A stretch of DNA of 64,000 nt from the human T2T-CHM13v2.0 reference genome, Homo sapiens. The DNA lies in NCBI RefSeq assembly GCF_009914755.1, contig NC_060926.1. The stretch is one strand, 5' to 3'. The position numbers were made by a program, and so were the translations under genes. The notes under the pieces were generated by a model, which had not been told where the DNA came from, did not search any database, and saw nothing but the letters and a program-made list of their open reading frames with translations. Positions 42,953-59,699 of this stretch are shown here, piece by piece. Numbering within the stretch: position 1 is the first letter of the stretch; each line of letters begins with the position of its first letter.

Positions 42953-45651
42953 TGCAGTGGTGAGGACCTCATCCAGGGACCCAGTGACTCCTTGACAGCA
43001 TTTTTCCGGGTTGGCTCCTTTCCTGACTCTGGTTCTCGTCCTGCCCCCATAAAGCCTTAGTACTCCCAGAGGAGATTAGCCTCTTGGAGGGGTGCTCAGA
43101 TTAAATTCTGGTAACACTGGTGGCTGGTCTAAGAAAATAATGTCTTAATTTATTAAGAGCATGGTGTTTTCTATGAAATAAAATGCTCATAGACCCAGCA
43201 GTTTCTAAAATGTGAGATGGGTAACACCTGTTTTTGGAGGGCTAAGGAAAAATGACTTCAGGTGTTACTTGGATATGGCATTAAATAACATTCACTTACC
43301 AAGTGAAAATATTTTTTCTCATTTCGATTCTCTTTTTTTCCTTTAGATTATATTAAAGACCTAGACTCATTTAATGTCTCCCTAACACACTAGGATATAT
43401 ATCTATATGTAGATCTATATCTGTCTCTTCTCTGTTATTAGGATCTGGATAGAATTTAAGGTATTGTTTCTGTTTTATTTATTTTTGTCATTACCTTTTA
43501 TTCATGGCAAATAATATTGGCTTTCCATTCAATTACTGATATGAAAGTTTTACAATTTATTTAAAATAAAACATAAGGGCACATTTATTAAAAATACAAT
43601 TATTAAGATAATCATAGTCCAAGCGGCACTGGAAAATAGCAAAAACAAATAATTAACACCAAAAACAAAGAAACAAAAATCATTCAGGGACTATGACAGT
43701 GTTTACAACTTGGGGAGATCAATTCTCAGTTTCAGAAATGTCCTCTCATAGAAGCCCCTAGGAAAACAAGCCTGGGTGTTCTCAATAAACCAATTCCCCC
43801 TCATTAAATCTTTCCCTAGTAAGATTGCATTTCTTCTCACAGTCCTCTTCTTCTGCTGCTGCTTTCTCTCTCTTCTCCTTTTACTTTATTTTTGTCCCTC
43901 TTGTCCTTTCTCTGCTCCCTTTCACTATTTCCGTTTTAACCTCCCTCCCTCTGGCCAAAGTTCGGCTCTCCTCACCCACCAATCACACTGCCGGCCTCTA
44001 ACTTTGGGCGTAGTACGTCTGACCAATCAGAGTGCAGCATCTGCCACCTTGTGCTTGCGACTGACGTTTTCACAGGACCTGTGTACACACAGGACATTTC
44101 CCTGGATATTTTGGAATCCCTTCACGGTTTCTTTGACAATGTTGGTGTCAATTTCTGGGCAATTGGAGGGTACTATTCTCTGTTGAAGGAAACTTTCCCA
44201 TGTCATTCTACCCTTGACTCCCTTGGACCAGACAGGTGGAGTTTCCAGGTGCATACGGTTCTCGCTATTTTATGCACTGATGAGGCAGTAAATGAAACTT
44301 CCAAAATCTGGTTTGCGTAATTTATGCCTTTGAAAGGCTGATATTATTGCATTAAATTCTGAGGGCATTTAGGAAAAACACTGCCACTGAAACTCTAAAT
44401 AAATATATCCAACACAGCAATTTGAAAATGATTTGAGGGAAAGTAATTACTCGGTTTCCTTCTCTCCCACCATCGTTATGGATGGAGTTTGACAGGAAGG
44501 AAAGCTTTAACGGAGTTTTTCTCACTAGGAGGTAACATAAGCAAACTTTTTGACCTCAAACCTAAAAATAATGTCAAGTTCTGCATTTAGCTGCATCACA
44601 CCTCTTCTCCGTTCTCACATTTCATAATATTAGTTGTCTTCTTTCTATATTTAGCTTTTGGAGCACACAAAGTAACGAATAGCTTCATGTTTTTACTAAA
44701 TCTTACAAGTAGAGCAAGAAAAAGATTTTTTTTTTAAAAGTAAACAACCTCTGCATCTTCAGAGCAAAACCCACTCAGAAAACTTGTGCCACAAAACCTC
44801 ACTACCACCACAGCGCCAGCTCAGGGACCCTGACAGACAGCTGGAGCTGTTTACCAGACAGGCCACCCTTTGATTCACATGGGCATTACAAGTCCATTGT
44901 TTGTTTGAATGGCGTAGGCAACAGAGCTGAGACAACTTTGATGGATAAGAGGTGAGAAGTTAGATGTTATTTTTTTTTTTTGTTACAGCAACAAGCAGCA
45001 GCAGCTAGTACTTATTGAGAAAATAAAACGTTAGGTTTTATGTCATACTAGGTTTATGTTAGCACATTAGTCGAAATGCTTTACTATGTTAACTTATTTA
45101 ACACGATCCCACAACAAACTAACAGGAGATAGGTACTGTCATGATCTTCATTTTACAGATGAGAAAGTTGAACCTTGAGTGGTTCCCTTGCTTGCCCACG
45201 AACCTGCAGCTCGAGAGACTGCGAAGCCTGATTCAAACCCGAAAGGCCTGTCTCTGCAGCCAGCTCTTCATCTCTGCACTGGACAACCCGCCTCTCTGAA
45301 GGAAGCACGGTTGCTTCAACAGTTTGTAGCCAAGCAAAGAGTCTGTGAAGGGAATCCAGTTTTTCTATTTTGAAATCAAGTTGGATTTCACTGGAAGAAT
45401 TCCTGGGCACTGGGTCTAATAAAAATCACATGTAAGGATGCAGGAAAACTTCTCATTTTATATATTTGAAGGAAAAACTCATTTGTATCCATGATCGTTA
45501 GCAACACAGTTCCTCAGTGAGTCAAGTAAAAATGAACATCTTTGGAAACTGAAACTAAAATAGGACAATATAAAACAAATGACTTTTATTACCCAGGACT
45601 TTTTAATCATTGAGTCTGAGATCTCTAAAACTTTAGCAATTTGGTTTTGAT

Positions 45652-45951
45652 TTTTTTTTTTTTTTTTTTTTGAGACGGAGTCTCGCTCTGCTGCGCAGGC
45701 TGGAGTGCGGTGGCACGATCCTGGCCACCGCAACCTCCGCCTCTCAGGTTCAAGCAATTCTCCTGCCTCAGCCTCCCGAGTAGCTGGGATACAGGCGCCG
45801 GCCACCACGCCTGGCTAATTTTTGTATTTTTAGTAGAGACGGGGTTTCACCATGTTGGCCAGGTTGGTCTCCAACTCCTGACCTCAGGTGATCCGCCCGC
45901 CTCGGCCTCCCAAAGTTTTGGAATTATGGGCGTGAGCCACTGCACCCAGCC
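45652..45951 (-). mobile_element. AluSx-like
   Basis: Antisense dimer with poly(T). Confidence 0.96.
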
Positions 45952-46856
45952 TGATTTTCTTTCTTAAGTTTATTTTTTAGATTCACTCCCAAGCCTACTT
46001 GATGCTTTTATTCTAAGGCAGTGGGTTCCCAGGCACAAATTTCACAAAAGATTCCACTACCTTTTAGTAATTGCAATGGAAACAGGGGATATCTGGGTAG
46101 TATTTATTCCTATGGAGAGAAAAAAAGTATATGATTGTTTGAGGCTCTTTCTTTGCTTTGCTCTCCACTGCTGTTTAAACTTCCCCTGTTCATATAGGGC
46201 AGCGACCAACAACAAACTGAATAGACTAAACCTTAGTGAGCAGATCCTGCAAATTAAGGTGGTTGGGTTAGGTCAGGCTACGGCTTCAAAGAGATCCAGC
46301 TGTCTCCAATAAGGATCTATCAATAACCTTTGTTGGAGTAAGAATACCTGGTAGTCAGGTAAGGAACTGACTTCTATGATTCAGGGATCTTATCTTACCT
46401 CATTTTGTAATTTGAGTTCTTGTTCTTTTACCATCAGTTGAGTTTATTAGTGACTTTCCATACCTCTTTACCCAGTAAGTAGACCTTAATACAGTATCAT
46501 TGTGCAGGAAGAGATGACACATTGAGTTCTAAAATGCCAAGTCCTTGCTTATAAATGAAGCTTTGTCCCACTAGTTGGTAGAAGAGTCAGTGGTTCAGCC
46601 CTACATCAATTCCCCCAAATGGCTGGCAAATAAATGTGCTAATTATTTTGTTGTCCCAAAAGATGCATCTGATGGCAGCTATTGATGGATTGGTAGGTAA
46701 GAAAGTGGCCATGACTTTGCCTTAGGTTGATATACACAAGTTGCAGCTTCAGGATGCTGACACAGTGGATTGATTTGGTTTTTTTGGTCTGGCAGAGAAA
46801 TTCAGCTTTTTCTTTCTCTTTGAGTAAGTCTTTACCTTGGGAACTCTGGGAGTGGG

Positions 46857-47260
46857 TGTATTAATTTGTTAGGCTGCCACAACAAAGTATTATAGACTGG
46901 GTGGCTTAAACAACAGAAAGTTCTCATAATGCTGGAGCCTAGAAGTGGAAGATCAAGGTGCTGTCAGGGTTGGATTTTCTGAGGGTCAGGAGGGAAAGAT
47001 TTATTCTATGCCTCTCTTCTTGGCTGTACATGGTCATCTTCTCTCTGTGTTGTTCACATGATCTCTGTGTGTGTGTGTGTGTGTACTAATTTTTTCTTAT
47101 AAGGACACCTGTCATATTAGATTAGATCCCACCCATATGATCGCATTTTACCTTCATTATCTCTTTAAAGCCCTTATCTCCAAATACAGTCACATTCTGA
47201 GGTACTGGGACTTGTAATTTCAACATAGGAATTTTGAGGGGGACAGGATTCAGCCCATAT
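46857..47260 (-). mobile_element. MLT1 (B/C-like) MaLR LTR
   Basis: ggctgccacaacaaag..actgggtggcttaaacaacagaaa..tctccaaatacagtcacattctgaggtactgg. Confidence 0.88.
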
Positions 47261-47432
47261 TGTGGGTAATCTAATTTGTTCTAGGTTGGTAAAGAAGAGA
47301 TGCTTAGCTTTAGAGTCAGCCTTCAAAATTAGGAGTTGAAAAAGTCCGTCTTTGGTACACATAGTCTTTCTTTGGTATGCATAGTCTTGTAGGTTTTTTC
47401 TGGGTCCTTTCTTCATTATGTTGTCACTATCT

Positions 47433-47710
47433 TTTTTTTTTTTTTTGAGACAGGCTCTTGCTTTCTCACCTAGGCTGGGTGCAGTGGTGCAAGCATGGCT
47501 CTCAGGCTCAAGCAATCCTCCCCCTTCAGCCTCCCAAGTAGCCAGAACCACAGGAGCACCCCACCATACCCAGCTAATTTTTAGATTTTTGGTAAAGACA
47601 GAGTCTCCCTATGTTGCCCAGACTTGTCTCGAACTCCTGGGCGCAAGTGATTCTCCTGCCTCGGCCTCCCAAAATGCTAGGATTACAGGCATAAGCCACC
47701 GTGCCTGGTC
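47433..47710 (-). mobile_element. AluJ
   Basis: Antisense diverged dimer. Confidence 0.92.
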
Positions 47711-48749
47711 ATCACCATCTTATTTGTCATAATCAGATTCTGAACTTCACTGTTCTATCTCCCTTTATGGTCAGTGCTATTCCTCAAGAAAGAATCTGAT
47801 ATCAGTCATTTCTATAGTGGAGCAATTTGAGGTCAGGGAAGTTTATACGCTATGTAAATGCAGTGTAATGAAAGGCTTTGTTTCCACTTAAAGGAAATTC
47901 ACGTATTAGTGAGTAGATCAATAGGTGAGAAGGCCAGTGAGCTAAAGGCCTTTGTATTGCCTCATCCCTGAAATAACAATAGATAGCCAGGCACTTACTA
48001 TATTTATCTCTTTACAAAATTTGTTCTTGACTCAATTGGGCCACTCTCCCGCTCCAAGGAAGCAGGCAATAAACTCAAGTTCGAGTGACTGAGAAGAGTA
48101 TAATCAAATCAATGATGATTAGCCAAGGTGTGAGCAGGGCTAAAGAAGGTACAGAAGCATCCCAGGGCAAGCAACAGCAGGAAGCTGTTCCCACCTCCAG
48201 ATCTGAAGGTCAGGGAGAGAATGCTTACCAGAACCCAGGCAGAGCTGCAAGGGTCGCCGTAGCTGTGCGAGAAGGCTCCCTGAAAGGAGCTGTGGTTTTG
48301 CAGGAAGGTCGCCTTGGGAACAAACACTCCAGCCTCACTTTCCTCCCGCCCTTCCGTCTCCAGCCAGAACTCCAGCAGCTGAGAGCAAGCGGAAGCCAGA
48401 GGCTGGGGGAGTTGTGGTGCTCTGTAAGCCTTGGCATCCCACAGCACAGAGGAGGGTGAAAGAGGGTCCTTCTCACTCCAAGGTTTTCATTTCTTGTTGA
48501 ATATGAGGTACCTGAGCATCAAACTATACCAGGCCTTTGAACAGTCAAACAATGAGTGCTAATTCCAGACTCCCAGTTTCCCCTCTATTTTGAAAGATGA
48601 AATGACTAAGAAAAAGCTTCCGTTAATCACTGGCAACGACTTAGTCTAAAAGCTTCACTATATATCCTACCTGAGTAAGTTTTTGTACTGTGCCTTCTTT
48701 GAGCATTTATTTTATCCCCAGTGTCAGCACAAAGAAAGCATCTTCCCAT

Positions 48750-49580
<831 letters not shown>

Positions 49581-49804
49581 TCTCTGTGATCTTAAAGTCA
49601 GTATTGCTTTATGTTGGGTTATACACATCTTGTTTATCATTATGTAGCCTTGGTTCAGTAGGTGCTTTTGTGTTGCATGATAAGAATTAGCATTGTTGAA
49701 AATACATTTGTTAGCAGAAAAATAAAATGCTTTATAGGCTGTCAACTGGCATCTTTTAGGGGGAAATTGAAGCCATCTATAAATTGTAAAGAATACGACT
49801 TGTT

Positions 49805-50110
<306 letters not shown>

Positions 50111-50476
50111 TCACTTGTTTGATAAAATAATGCAACATGCAGACACAGGCCATCCCCATCCATAGGAACACACAGCATTAATTTTTTAGTTTTTTATATA
50201 ATAGCAACAAGGCTACTAGAGCAATGAAAAATATAGCACATTTAGAAGTTGCTATTGTTTCTTATACATCTTTATCTTAAATATATTTCAGAGTCTCTTT
50301 CCCTCAGTCTAAGAAGGATAAGTAGAATAGTTCCAATTACATTTTCTATTTGTTTTGCTGTTATTATCTTTCAGGCTATCAGTATGTTTCTAAGGGTATT
50401 TCCCAGACAAATTTTCAAAGCTGGAATAGGTATGTACTCTGGCACATACTGTTCAGGCTTTGTCCATCTGACACTA

Positions 50477-50800
<324 letters not shown>

Positions 50801-50873
50801 TCAACCGTTTGGAAGGTAACTTCCACATGGCTGTGAGGGAGGTAAGACAACATATGGATGTCTGATGTTTGTA

Positions 50874-51580
50874 CAGATGATCCCTGACTCAGGATGGTTT
50901 GACTTAGGATTTTTTGACTTTATGATGGTGCAAAACCCATACTCATTTAGTAGAAACTTAACTTCAAATTTTTAATTTTGATCTTTTCTGGAGCCAGCCA
51001 TATGTGGTACAATACTCTTTTGTTATGCTGGGCAGAAGCTGCAGTTCTCAGCTCCCAGTCAGCCACGCTGTCTCAAGGATAAGCAGCCGATTCTTGATAC
51101 CTTTCTGAAAAACACTGTGCCTGCTAAGCCATCAACAAGTGTCAATGCCCCACTGCCTTCTACAGACGCTCAGCAGAAGAGAGAGGAATTGGTGACCTAT
51201 CCCTGTAGTATCCTTATTATCCAGCAATTAACTAGTTCAATGCCTCACATCTCCTTCAGGTCCCAGTGTGCCTTCAGCTGTGTATGTTAATGGTGCATAC
51301 CCATATACAAACATTCTGTTTTTCACTTTCAGTGCAGTATTCAATAAATTTAATGAGATAGTCAACACTTTATTATAAAGTGTTGTGTTGGACGCTTTGT
51401 GTTGGACGCCTTTGCCCAAATGTAGGCTTAATAAAAGTGTTCTGAGCATGTTTAAGGTAGACTAGGCTAAGCTACAATGCCTGGTAGGTTAGGTGTATTA
51501 AATGAATTTTCAACTTGGGATATTTTCAACTTACAATGGGTTTATTTGGATGTAACCTCATTGTAAATCGGGAACGTCTG
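50874..51580. mobile_element. TcMar-Tigger MITE (MER47/Tigger5-like)
   Basis: TA|CAGATG...CGTCTG|TA termini with TA target duplication; repeated gactta/gatgg subterminal motifs. Confidence 0.8.
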
Positions 51581-54333
51581 TAAAGGTAATTTATACTATA
51601 GATATAGAAGCATTTATATATATGGGTTTGGAGTCCTAACTTGAACTTTAATGGGGACCCTGACCTGCTTGGAAATGTCTGATAAACTGATGGATCAGGC
51701 CCCCTGGCAGGGTGCTGCTTGGTCAGGAGATCATGTGATATGGTTTAAGACTCCTGATATTTGCTACCAAATTGCTGTTTAGAAGGTTGTATCAATGTTC
51801 ACTCCCACTAGCTGTGGATAAAAATGTCCATTACTTATTTCCTTACTAAAACTGAACATTAGATTTTACTTAATATTCTTGGAACATCATTGAATATCTT
51901 TTAAATATCATTTCAATGTCTTTAATTTTTTCCAAAATTGATAGAAAAAAATGAATCTTGTGGTTTCATATATCTCATTCATATTTGCTAACTAGTGAGC
52001 TTGAACTTTTTTTGTCTTAATGTATATTTTGGACTTCAGCCTTTCTTCTTTTGGGAATTGCCTACTTAGGCTTTTTATGCGTGTGGGTGAATTGCCTATT
52101 TAGACTTTAATTAAAAATTTTTTTCATCTTATTAATAATTTGTAAGAAGTTTTATGTATTGATCTCATTGGCCTTTGGCTGTCATATAAGTTGCAAATAT
52201 TTTTTCTCCCTTCACGATTTTACTTTTAATTTTAAATTTTTTGATGCAGGAATATGTGTGAGTTTTTAGGAAGTAAGTATATCAAGGTTTTTCTTTTAAA
52301 TTTCCTTTGTTTTTAGGTTTCAAAATACCTTTCTAAATATATAGATGAAGATCTATATATTTTCTTAAATATGCCCTTTTTTTGGCACATGATTATGGCT
52401 TAAAAAAAAAAAAGGCTATCAATACAGATAAGGAGAATGTCTGAGAAATAACGAGGAAGGAGTTCATCCTTCCAAGCAGCTAGGGAATACTTTTCTAATC
52501 TAAATTTTCTTCCAATTTATTTATGATTTCATTTTTGTACATCTTGATTCATGAATTTATTTTGCCGTATTATACGAGGTAGAGTTCTAATTCCATTTTT
52601 TTCCCCAAAAGTTTGGCTAATTATTCCTAACACGTTGTTTAGTGAGAAATACGTATTTTTCCCACAGACTTGAAGTTCTATGCATCTGTCATTTTACTGA
52701 ATACCTGTATTATTAGGATTTGGTTTTGGATTTTGTGTTCAGTTTAATTCTTATGCCTATTCGTAGGCTCAACCACTCATCACTTCTTCTTCTAGCCCAT
52801 TAATTGTCTTGGTTATTCTTAACTTCATTCTTCCAAAGAATTCCTGGATCATTTTGTCAGACTCCCAGATGTGATAAATACAATTGGTATTTTGGTTGTA
52901 AAAATATTATATTTATAAAATAATTTGGAGAGAATTAATATTTTTATAACATTGCGTCTTCTCATTGAGAAGCATTGTATGCCTTACATTTATTCAAATC
53001 TTCTGTTAATGTCCCTCTGAAAGCTTCTTAGTTTTCCTGATATAAACTATACCTGTTTATTGTTATTTTCCCCCTTATAATTTTCTAACCATTCATTTTC
53101 CCCCTGACATTTGGCTTTTCTTATATTTACTTTGTCCTTGGCTGCCTTACTAAACTTTCTTATTCATTCTCTTGGATTTTCTTGGTAATCAGTGACATCA
53201 GAGCAAACATCTGATAATTGTTTCTTCTCTTTTTAAAAAGGTATAATAATTATTTCTTGTAAATTTCTTTCTGGATATTGAAAAACAATAGGGGTAGTGC
53301 CTTCCTTCTAACCTCAGGGGATCCCTTCAGTGTTTCATAAGTAAACATAACAATGTCTGGTAATATGTGGTATGACTTTTCATCAGGCTAGGAAATATCC
53401 TTCTAGTTCTGATGTATTCACAGATTTTTCTTTTTAAAAATCATGCAAAGTTACTGAGATACAGACATTTTATTATTAAGCAATCTTTGCATGTTGGGAG
53501 TAAATCCTATCTGGTGAATTATTTCCTTAAGAAACCACTGGACTAGATTTTTTAGTATTTAATTTAGAATGTATTATATTCATAAGTGAGATTGGTTTGT
53601 TAATCTTTTTTTGAGTTAAGCTTGTTAGATTTTGTCATTCACAAAATAACCTGAAAATTTTCCATTTTTACCTCTAGTGCTCCCGACTAGTCTAAATAGC
53701 ACGGGAATTTTCTACTTTTTGAGTCATTAAATAACTCATTTGTAGAATAGTCAGGGTTCAGCCCTTTTGTATGGGTTAGTTTCTTAGTTCTATTCCTATT
53801 TTCTTTCAAGCTTGTGAGTCTGTTCAGTTTTTTATTTCTGTGTCAGTTTTCTGTGTCCCAGAACATTGGCCATTTCAACCATATTTTTAAAAGTTACATG
53901 GTATTTTGTGTTGTATTTTCTTTAAAATTTAAAAAATCGATCAGTATCTGTATTATTTTCTTCTCTTTTAATATTGTGCATATATATTTTCCTTTTCCTC
54001 ATGCTAAGAGAGTCTTGCTCAAATTAATATTTTTAAAAGTGAAAACAGGAATTTTGTTTTATTATTTACAATTTTTTCTATTTCCTAATTCAGTATTTTT
54101 TCCATTTGTAAATATATATTAATTCTATGTTTCTACTTTTTAAAGGCTTATTTAGTTTTTCTTTTTGTATCTCTTGATTTAAATGATTGGCTCATTAGTG
54201 TCATTTCATTCTTGTTAAATAATATAAAGAACCAAAGGTGTATGAATACATTTTTTCTCAATTATAACTTGGGCTGGCCACATCTAATTTGTTTTGGTAA
54301 GTTATGTTTTATTACCCTACTTTCTCCAAGTAG

Positions 54334-54647
<314 letters not shown>

Positions 54648-55639
54648 TATTTACTTTTGACCATAGTGTTAGAGAGGGATATTTGAAATTGTCAAGTAGC
54701 TATGTTTTAACACTTTAAATGTTTCTTACTAATTTTTAGGTTTATTGCATAGTGATCAATAAAGATATAAATTTCCTGCCTTTGAATTTATATTGAGGAT
54801 TTCTTTGAGTTCTAATACATAGTTGCTTTTCATAAATGTTCCATGTGTTGGAAAAGCAGATATGTTTTCTAATAAACTAGAAGTTTAATATGTATCTAAT
54901 AAATCAAATTTTTGCATTTTTATTCAAATTCTCCATACATTTTGCTTATGCAAATTATCAGACTTAATGCAATCTCTCATAATGATTGTTTCCATCAATT
55001 TTACATATATTTCTGGTAGTTTTACTTCATAGATTTCAATGACATATTATACAAATATAAAGATTTATTACTACTAAAGCTTCATTGTGAATTATACTTT
55101 TTATGAATATAAAATAGTTTTTTCTCGAATTTTTCTTTGATATTATCTTTTGACCCATTTTTCTTTCTATTTTTAACTATTTATCATACTCATGCACATC
55201 TTACATTTTCCCTTTTTTGTCAATTTCACATTCAAGTGCTTTGCATATCTATCTATGGGGTCTTAATGTTTTTCAGTAAATTTGCATGAGGATTTAAAAT
55301 ATGACAAATATTAATCCTTTGCCTCTTTCCTGTAAGTATTCTCTTGAATTATAATCATTGTATGTTGTGTACAAAATTCCTTTTGGATCCAATCTATTAA
55401 CATTTCTCTACGAGGTTTCTTGTGTATGTAGAAAATATTTCTTTATGTTCTTTCATTTATTAATGTGAATTTTATAATTTAACTTTTTAATTTATATGCA
55501 GTTAATTTTGATGTAGAGTGTAAGGTATAGATCTAAATACATCTTTTTTAAACTAGCTACCCAAATGCTTTGTCATCATTTATTAAATAACTCTTCTTTT
55601 CTAGCTGATGTGAAATGCTATTTTTGGTAGATACTAGAA

Positions 55640-56100
55640 TTCACTTGCTCAAATTCCACTCTAACATCCAAGTGAGCCTTCCTATATTATAGTGGCTGAA
55701 AATTTGAAAATGAGCTTTCCTGGGGTTCCTTGCAGCTATGTTTCAGATGTAATTCTGTTTCCACCAATCAGATGTGCCGATACCTCACTTGCTTTTGAAA
55801 CTGCATTAATGGCAGACAAGTGATAGACATCTATTTTTCTAGCACAAATGGTCACAGCAGGATAGTCTTATAGCCAGTCGATTTGAGACATGGCAGCCTC
55901 TAACAATGGTCATGGCAGCTTTTATTATTATGATAAAAACCATGTAAGTCTGGGGGCTGGGAGTTATTTCTAGAAGCTAAGCCCAAGAATCTGCTTCTCC
56001 AGCCCTTCCAAATATTTTGTAATATCTGGTAACAAATCCTTTTCTGGTTAAACTAGAGAGAATGGTTTCTGTTATCTGCAACTGAACCCCATCCAGTGTA
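55640..56100 (+). mobile_element. Ancient ERVL solo LTR (LTR33-like)
   Basis: ccttgcagcta..tccagccctt..aaatccttttctggttaaactag..tggtttctgttatctgcaactgaacc; family from recall. Confidence 0.6.
55742..56068 (+). repeat. Inverted duplication, arm A (327 bp)
   Basis: Reverse complement of 58122-58470; 11 substitutions and one 22-bp indel by manual alignment. Confidence 0.97.
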
Positions 56101-57200
56101 ATGATGGTATCAAACATTAAATTTTTATATACACAAATACCTAGTTCTGGATATATAGTCTATTCTGTTGAATTGTCTATCTTTATTCCAGTCTAACATG
56201 ATTGAATTATTATAACTTTATAATATGGTTTAATGTGTGGCAGTCCTAGTAATTGTCTTTACTCTTTTTTACTAAAAAAAGTTTTCTTTTGGATGAACTT
56301 TAATTTCACTCTGACAATTCTCACTCGACCTGTGCTCCTTGGAGATTTTGATTCAGTATGCTATATGAAGAAACTGCTCATCCCCTGGGCTGGAGGTCCA
56401 GTTTGGGTTTACAGTGTCTTGATAGTAAATCTAGTGTACCTGTCATAAAATAATTCTAAAGACTTAAGATGGGGGTTGGGATAATAGAGTGTGATATTAA
56501 TTTTCATGGCTTTATAACCACATCTACCAAAACTGTTTTTATTTTTTATATCAAATGACTTATTAAGAGGTAAAATAAGAAAGGTCTGGACACTTCAGTG
56601 CATCTCTAATTTTGGAAATGATCAATGGTCAACAGAGGGGAGACTGTGTCTAGTAGTTTTTACAATTGTATTTATTAGGCACAGGAAAATGTAAACTCAG
56701 AGAGTCTGAGATAGAACCAAGCCTCCAGGATAAACTTCAGCAAGCCTAACCCCTTTGTTTCTCTTTTTCTTTCTAGACACTTGTAACAGCACTAATCTAG
56801 AAGTGAGTACATATGAGTTCTGGTCCTGGCTTAGCTAATTTGGGCAAACCGTTTAACTTCTTTGAGACTTAGGTTTCCATTCTAACAAGGTGTAGGTGAT
56901 AATATCCATTTTGTGCAAGGTCATTGGTTTTTACCGTATAACGTGTGTAGGTGTTACACACACTGTACCATCCCATACAAATGTGAGTTAATGTATTTTC
57001 TGTCTTTATTATCTCTTTTACCTGCCTTAATCACCAAGACATTGTGATCTGTCACTCCATCTTCTCCATTAAACTCTTCAACCATTTCTATTTTTTTTGG
57101 ACAATTACTTATCTCAGTCATCATTTCTTATAATTCCCTGTCTAACCCTACTAATGTCTGTGAGATCCTTGCCCCTCTTCTCAAGTGGTTCAACACTTAA

Positions 57201-57524
<324 letters not shown>

Positions 57525-58121
57525 TGGGACAATTCTTGTTATATGTTAATTTCTTAAAACCACCAAAGTCTATTCAATATATGATATAGTGATTAAGAAA
57601 TAAAGGTGTACATTGATAAAAAGTATGAAGTTTCACATATGCACATTCTTATAGCACTCATAATGGCATCTGTTAAATCTTCATCTAACTTTTAAAATAA
57701 AATGGCTTGTAAAAGCTATGAATTACTAAGCTGTGGGATGCTTTTGGGATCTCAAGTAGTAATGTGGAAGTCTAGGCACTCAGCACTGTATGGAATCAAA
57801 ATTCCAGTGGAATATGGAGAGCAGAAAGATTGGGCAGGGAGAACTTGTGAAAATTTAAACATGATTTTCAGGTTCATTTGGCAAAAAAAATTAGGTGACA
57901 ATGGATATTTTTAAAAAAACACCACCAACAAGGGCATTGCCTGGCCATAATTTATTGAGTTATTTTAACACTTTCATTCTTTGTGCTTTAGGTATTCTGC
58001 TTCCTCATACTTAAGGTAATTTTGTAAAACTTTATGGAAGAAAAAACAATGACACACACTCACACATAGAATATTTGTTTATTGCTGTTATAATAAATTA
58101 ATAAAAAACCCAAGAAACCTA

Positions 58122-58470
58122 AAACCATTCTCTCTAGTTTAACCAGAAAAAGATTTGTTGCCAGATATTACAAAATATTTGGAAGGGCTGGAGAAGCAGA
58201 TTATTGGGCTTAGCTTCTAGAAATAACTCCCAGCCCCCAGACTTACATGGTTTTTATCATAAAAATAAAAGCTGCCATGACCATTGTTAGAGGCTGCCAT
58301 GACCATTGTTAGAGGCTGCCATGTCTCAAATCAACTGGCTATAAGACTATCCTGCTGTGACCATTTGTGCTAGCAAAATAGATGTCTACCACTTGTCTGC
58401 CATTAATGCAGTTCCAAAAGCAAGTGAGGTATTGGCATATCTGATTGGTGGAAACAAAATTACATCTGAA
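58122..58470 (-). repeat. Inverted duplication, arm B (349 bp)
   Basis: Matches arm A; carries an extra tandem copy of ACCATTGTTAGAGGCTGCCATG. Confidence 0.97.
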
Positions 58471-59341
58471 TTTTGTTTTCTGAATTGCTACATGGGCATA
58501 GGAGAAGGTTTTGAAAGTGCAGAAAACATAAAGGAAAAATAATCATTAGTTATACTTAGCATATTAATTAGCAAATTAACATTCTGGTGCCTATCCTTTC
58601 CCTTTTTCTATATATTGTTTTTGTATATTTTTCTTTATAGATTTTTATATAAAATTTTTAAACATTAAGCTTATATATATGTTGTACATATAGCTTGCTT
58701 TTTTCATTTACTGTATCATGAACATTTTTTCATGATTTCACAAAATCCTTGGCTTGTACATCTGGTGATTACACTTTTAACAGTGTTGGACTCTGCTGGA
58801 GGTGATTTTTTTCCCTTCTTGGTCTGAGAGATGAGCAGTTATTTTTCTTTTTGAAAAGAGAAAGCCAATTTTCAGTTTATACCAGTAGGTGTCATCCATT
58901 CACACAAAGCATAACCCAAGAAACCTAATATAATTTGACTTAATCTCTATAATTTCTACCAAATTCCAGTGTAGTGTTCCAGCCTATCTAAGCTCCTTGG
59001 GTGAAGGCCATTTAGGCTTTCAGTTGGATTTGGAGAAGAGGTTATTTTTGCCATTTAAGGTGCTTCCAAAGAAAAGAAAAAAGACAGCAGTTTTGAAATG
59101 GAATGCATTGCATAGTTTGAAGTTATCATTTTATATCCTAAAAATACATCAATTACTGGGAAGAGGTTATTAAAATCTTAAAATCTTACTCTGAACAGCC
59201 ACTCAAAGAAGACCAATGTTACTATTTTCATGATTTTTCTGAAAGAGGGTAACCAGTCTTAATCCTGAGTACAAAAATTTGGGATGAGTCCAAACATAAT
59301 ACAATATTTCAAAAATATCAATAATGATTAAAGAGTCATGA

Positions 59342-59685
<344 letters not shown>

Positions 59686-59699
59686 TATGTAATAGTTTT

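Noticed and set aside
51384-51412. Short tandem duplication TGTGTTGGACGC x2
   Set aside because: Ordinary slippage event inside a Tigger MITE
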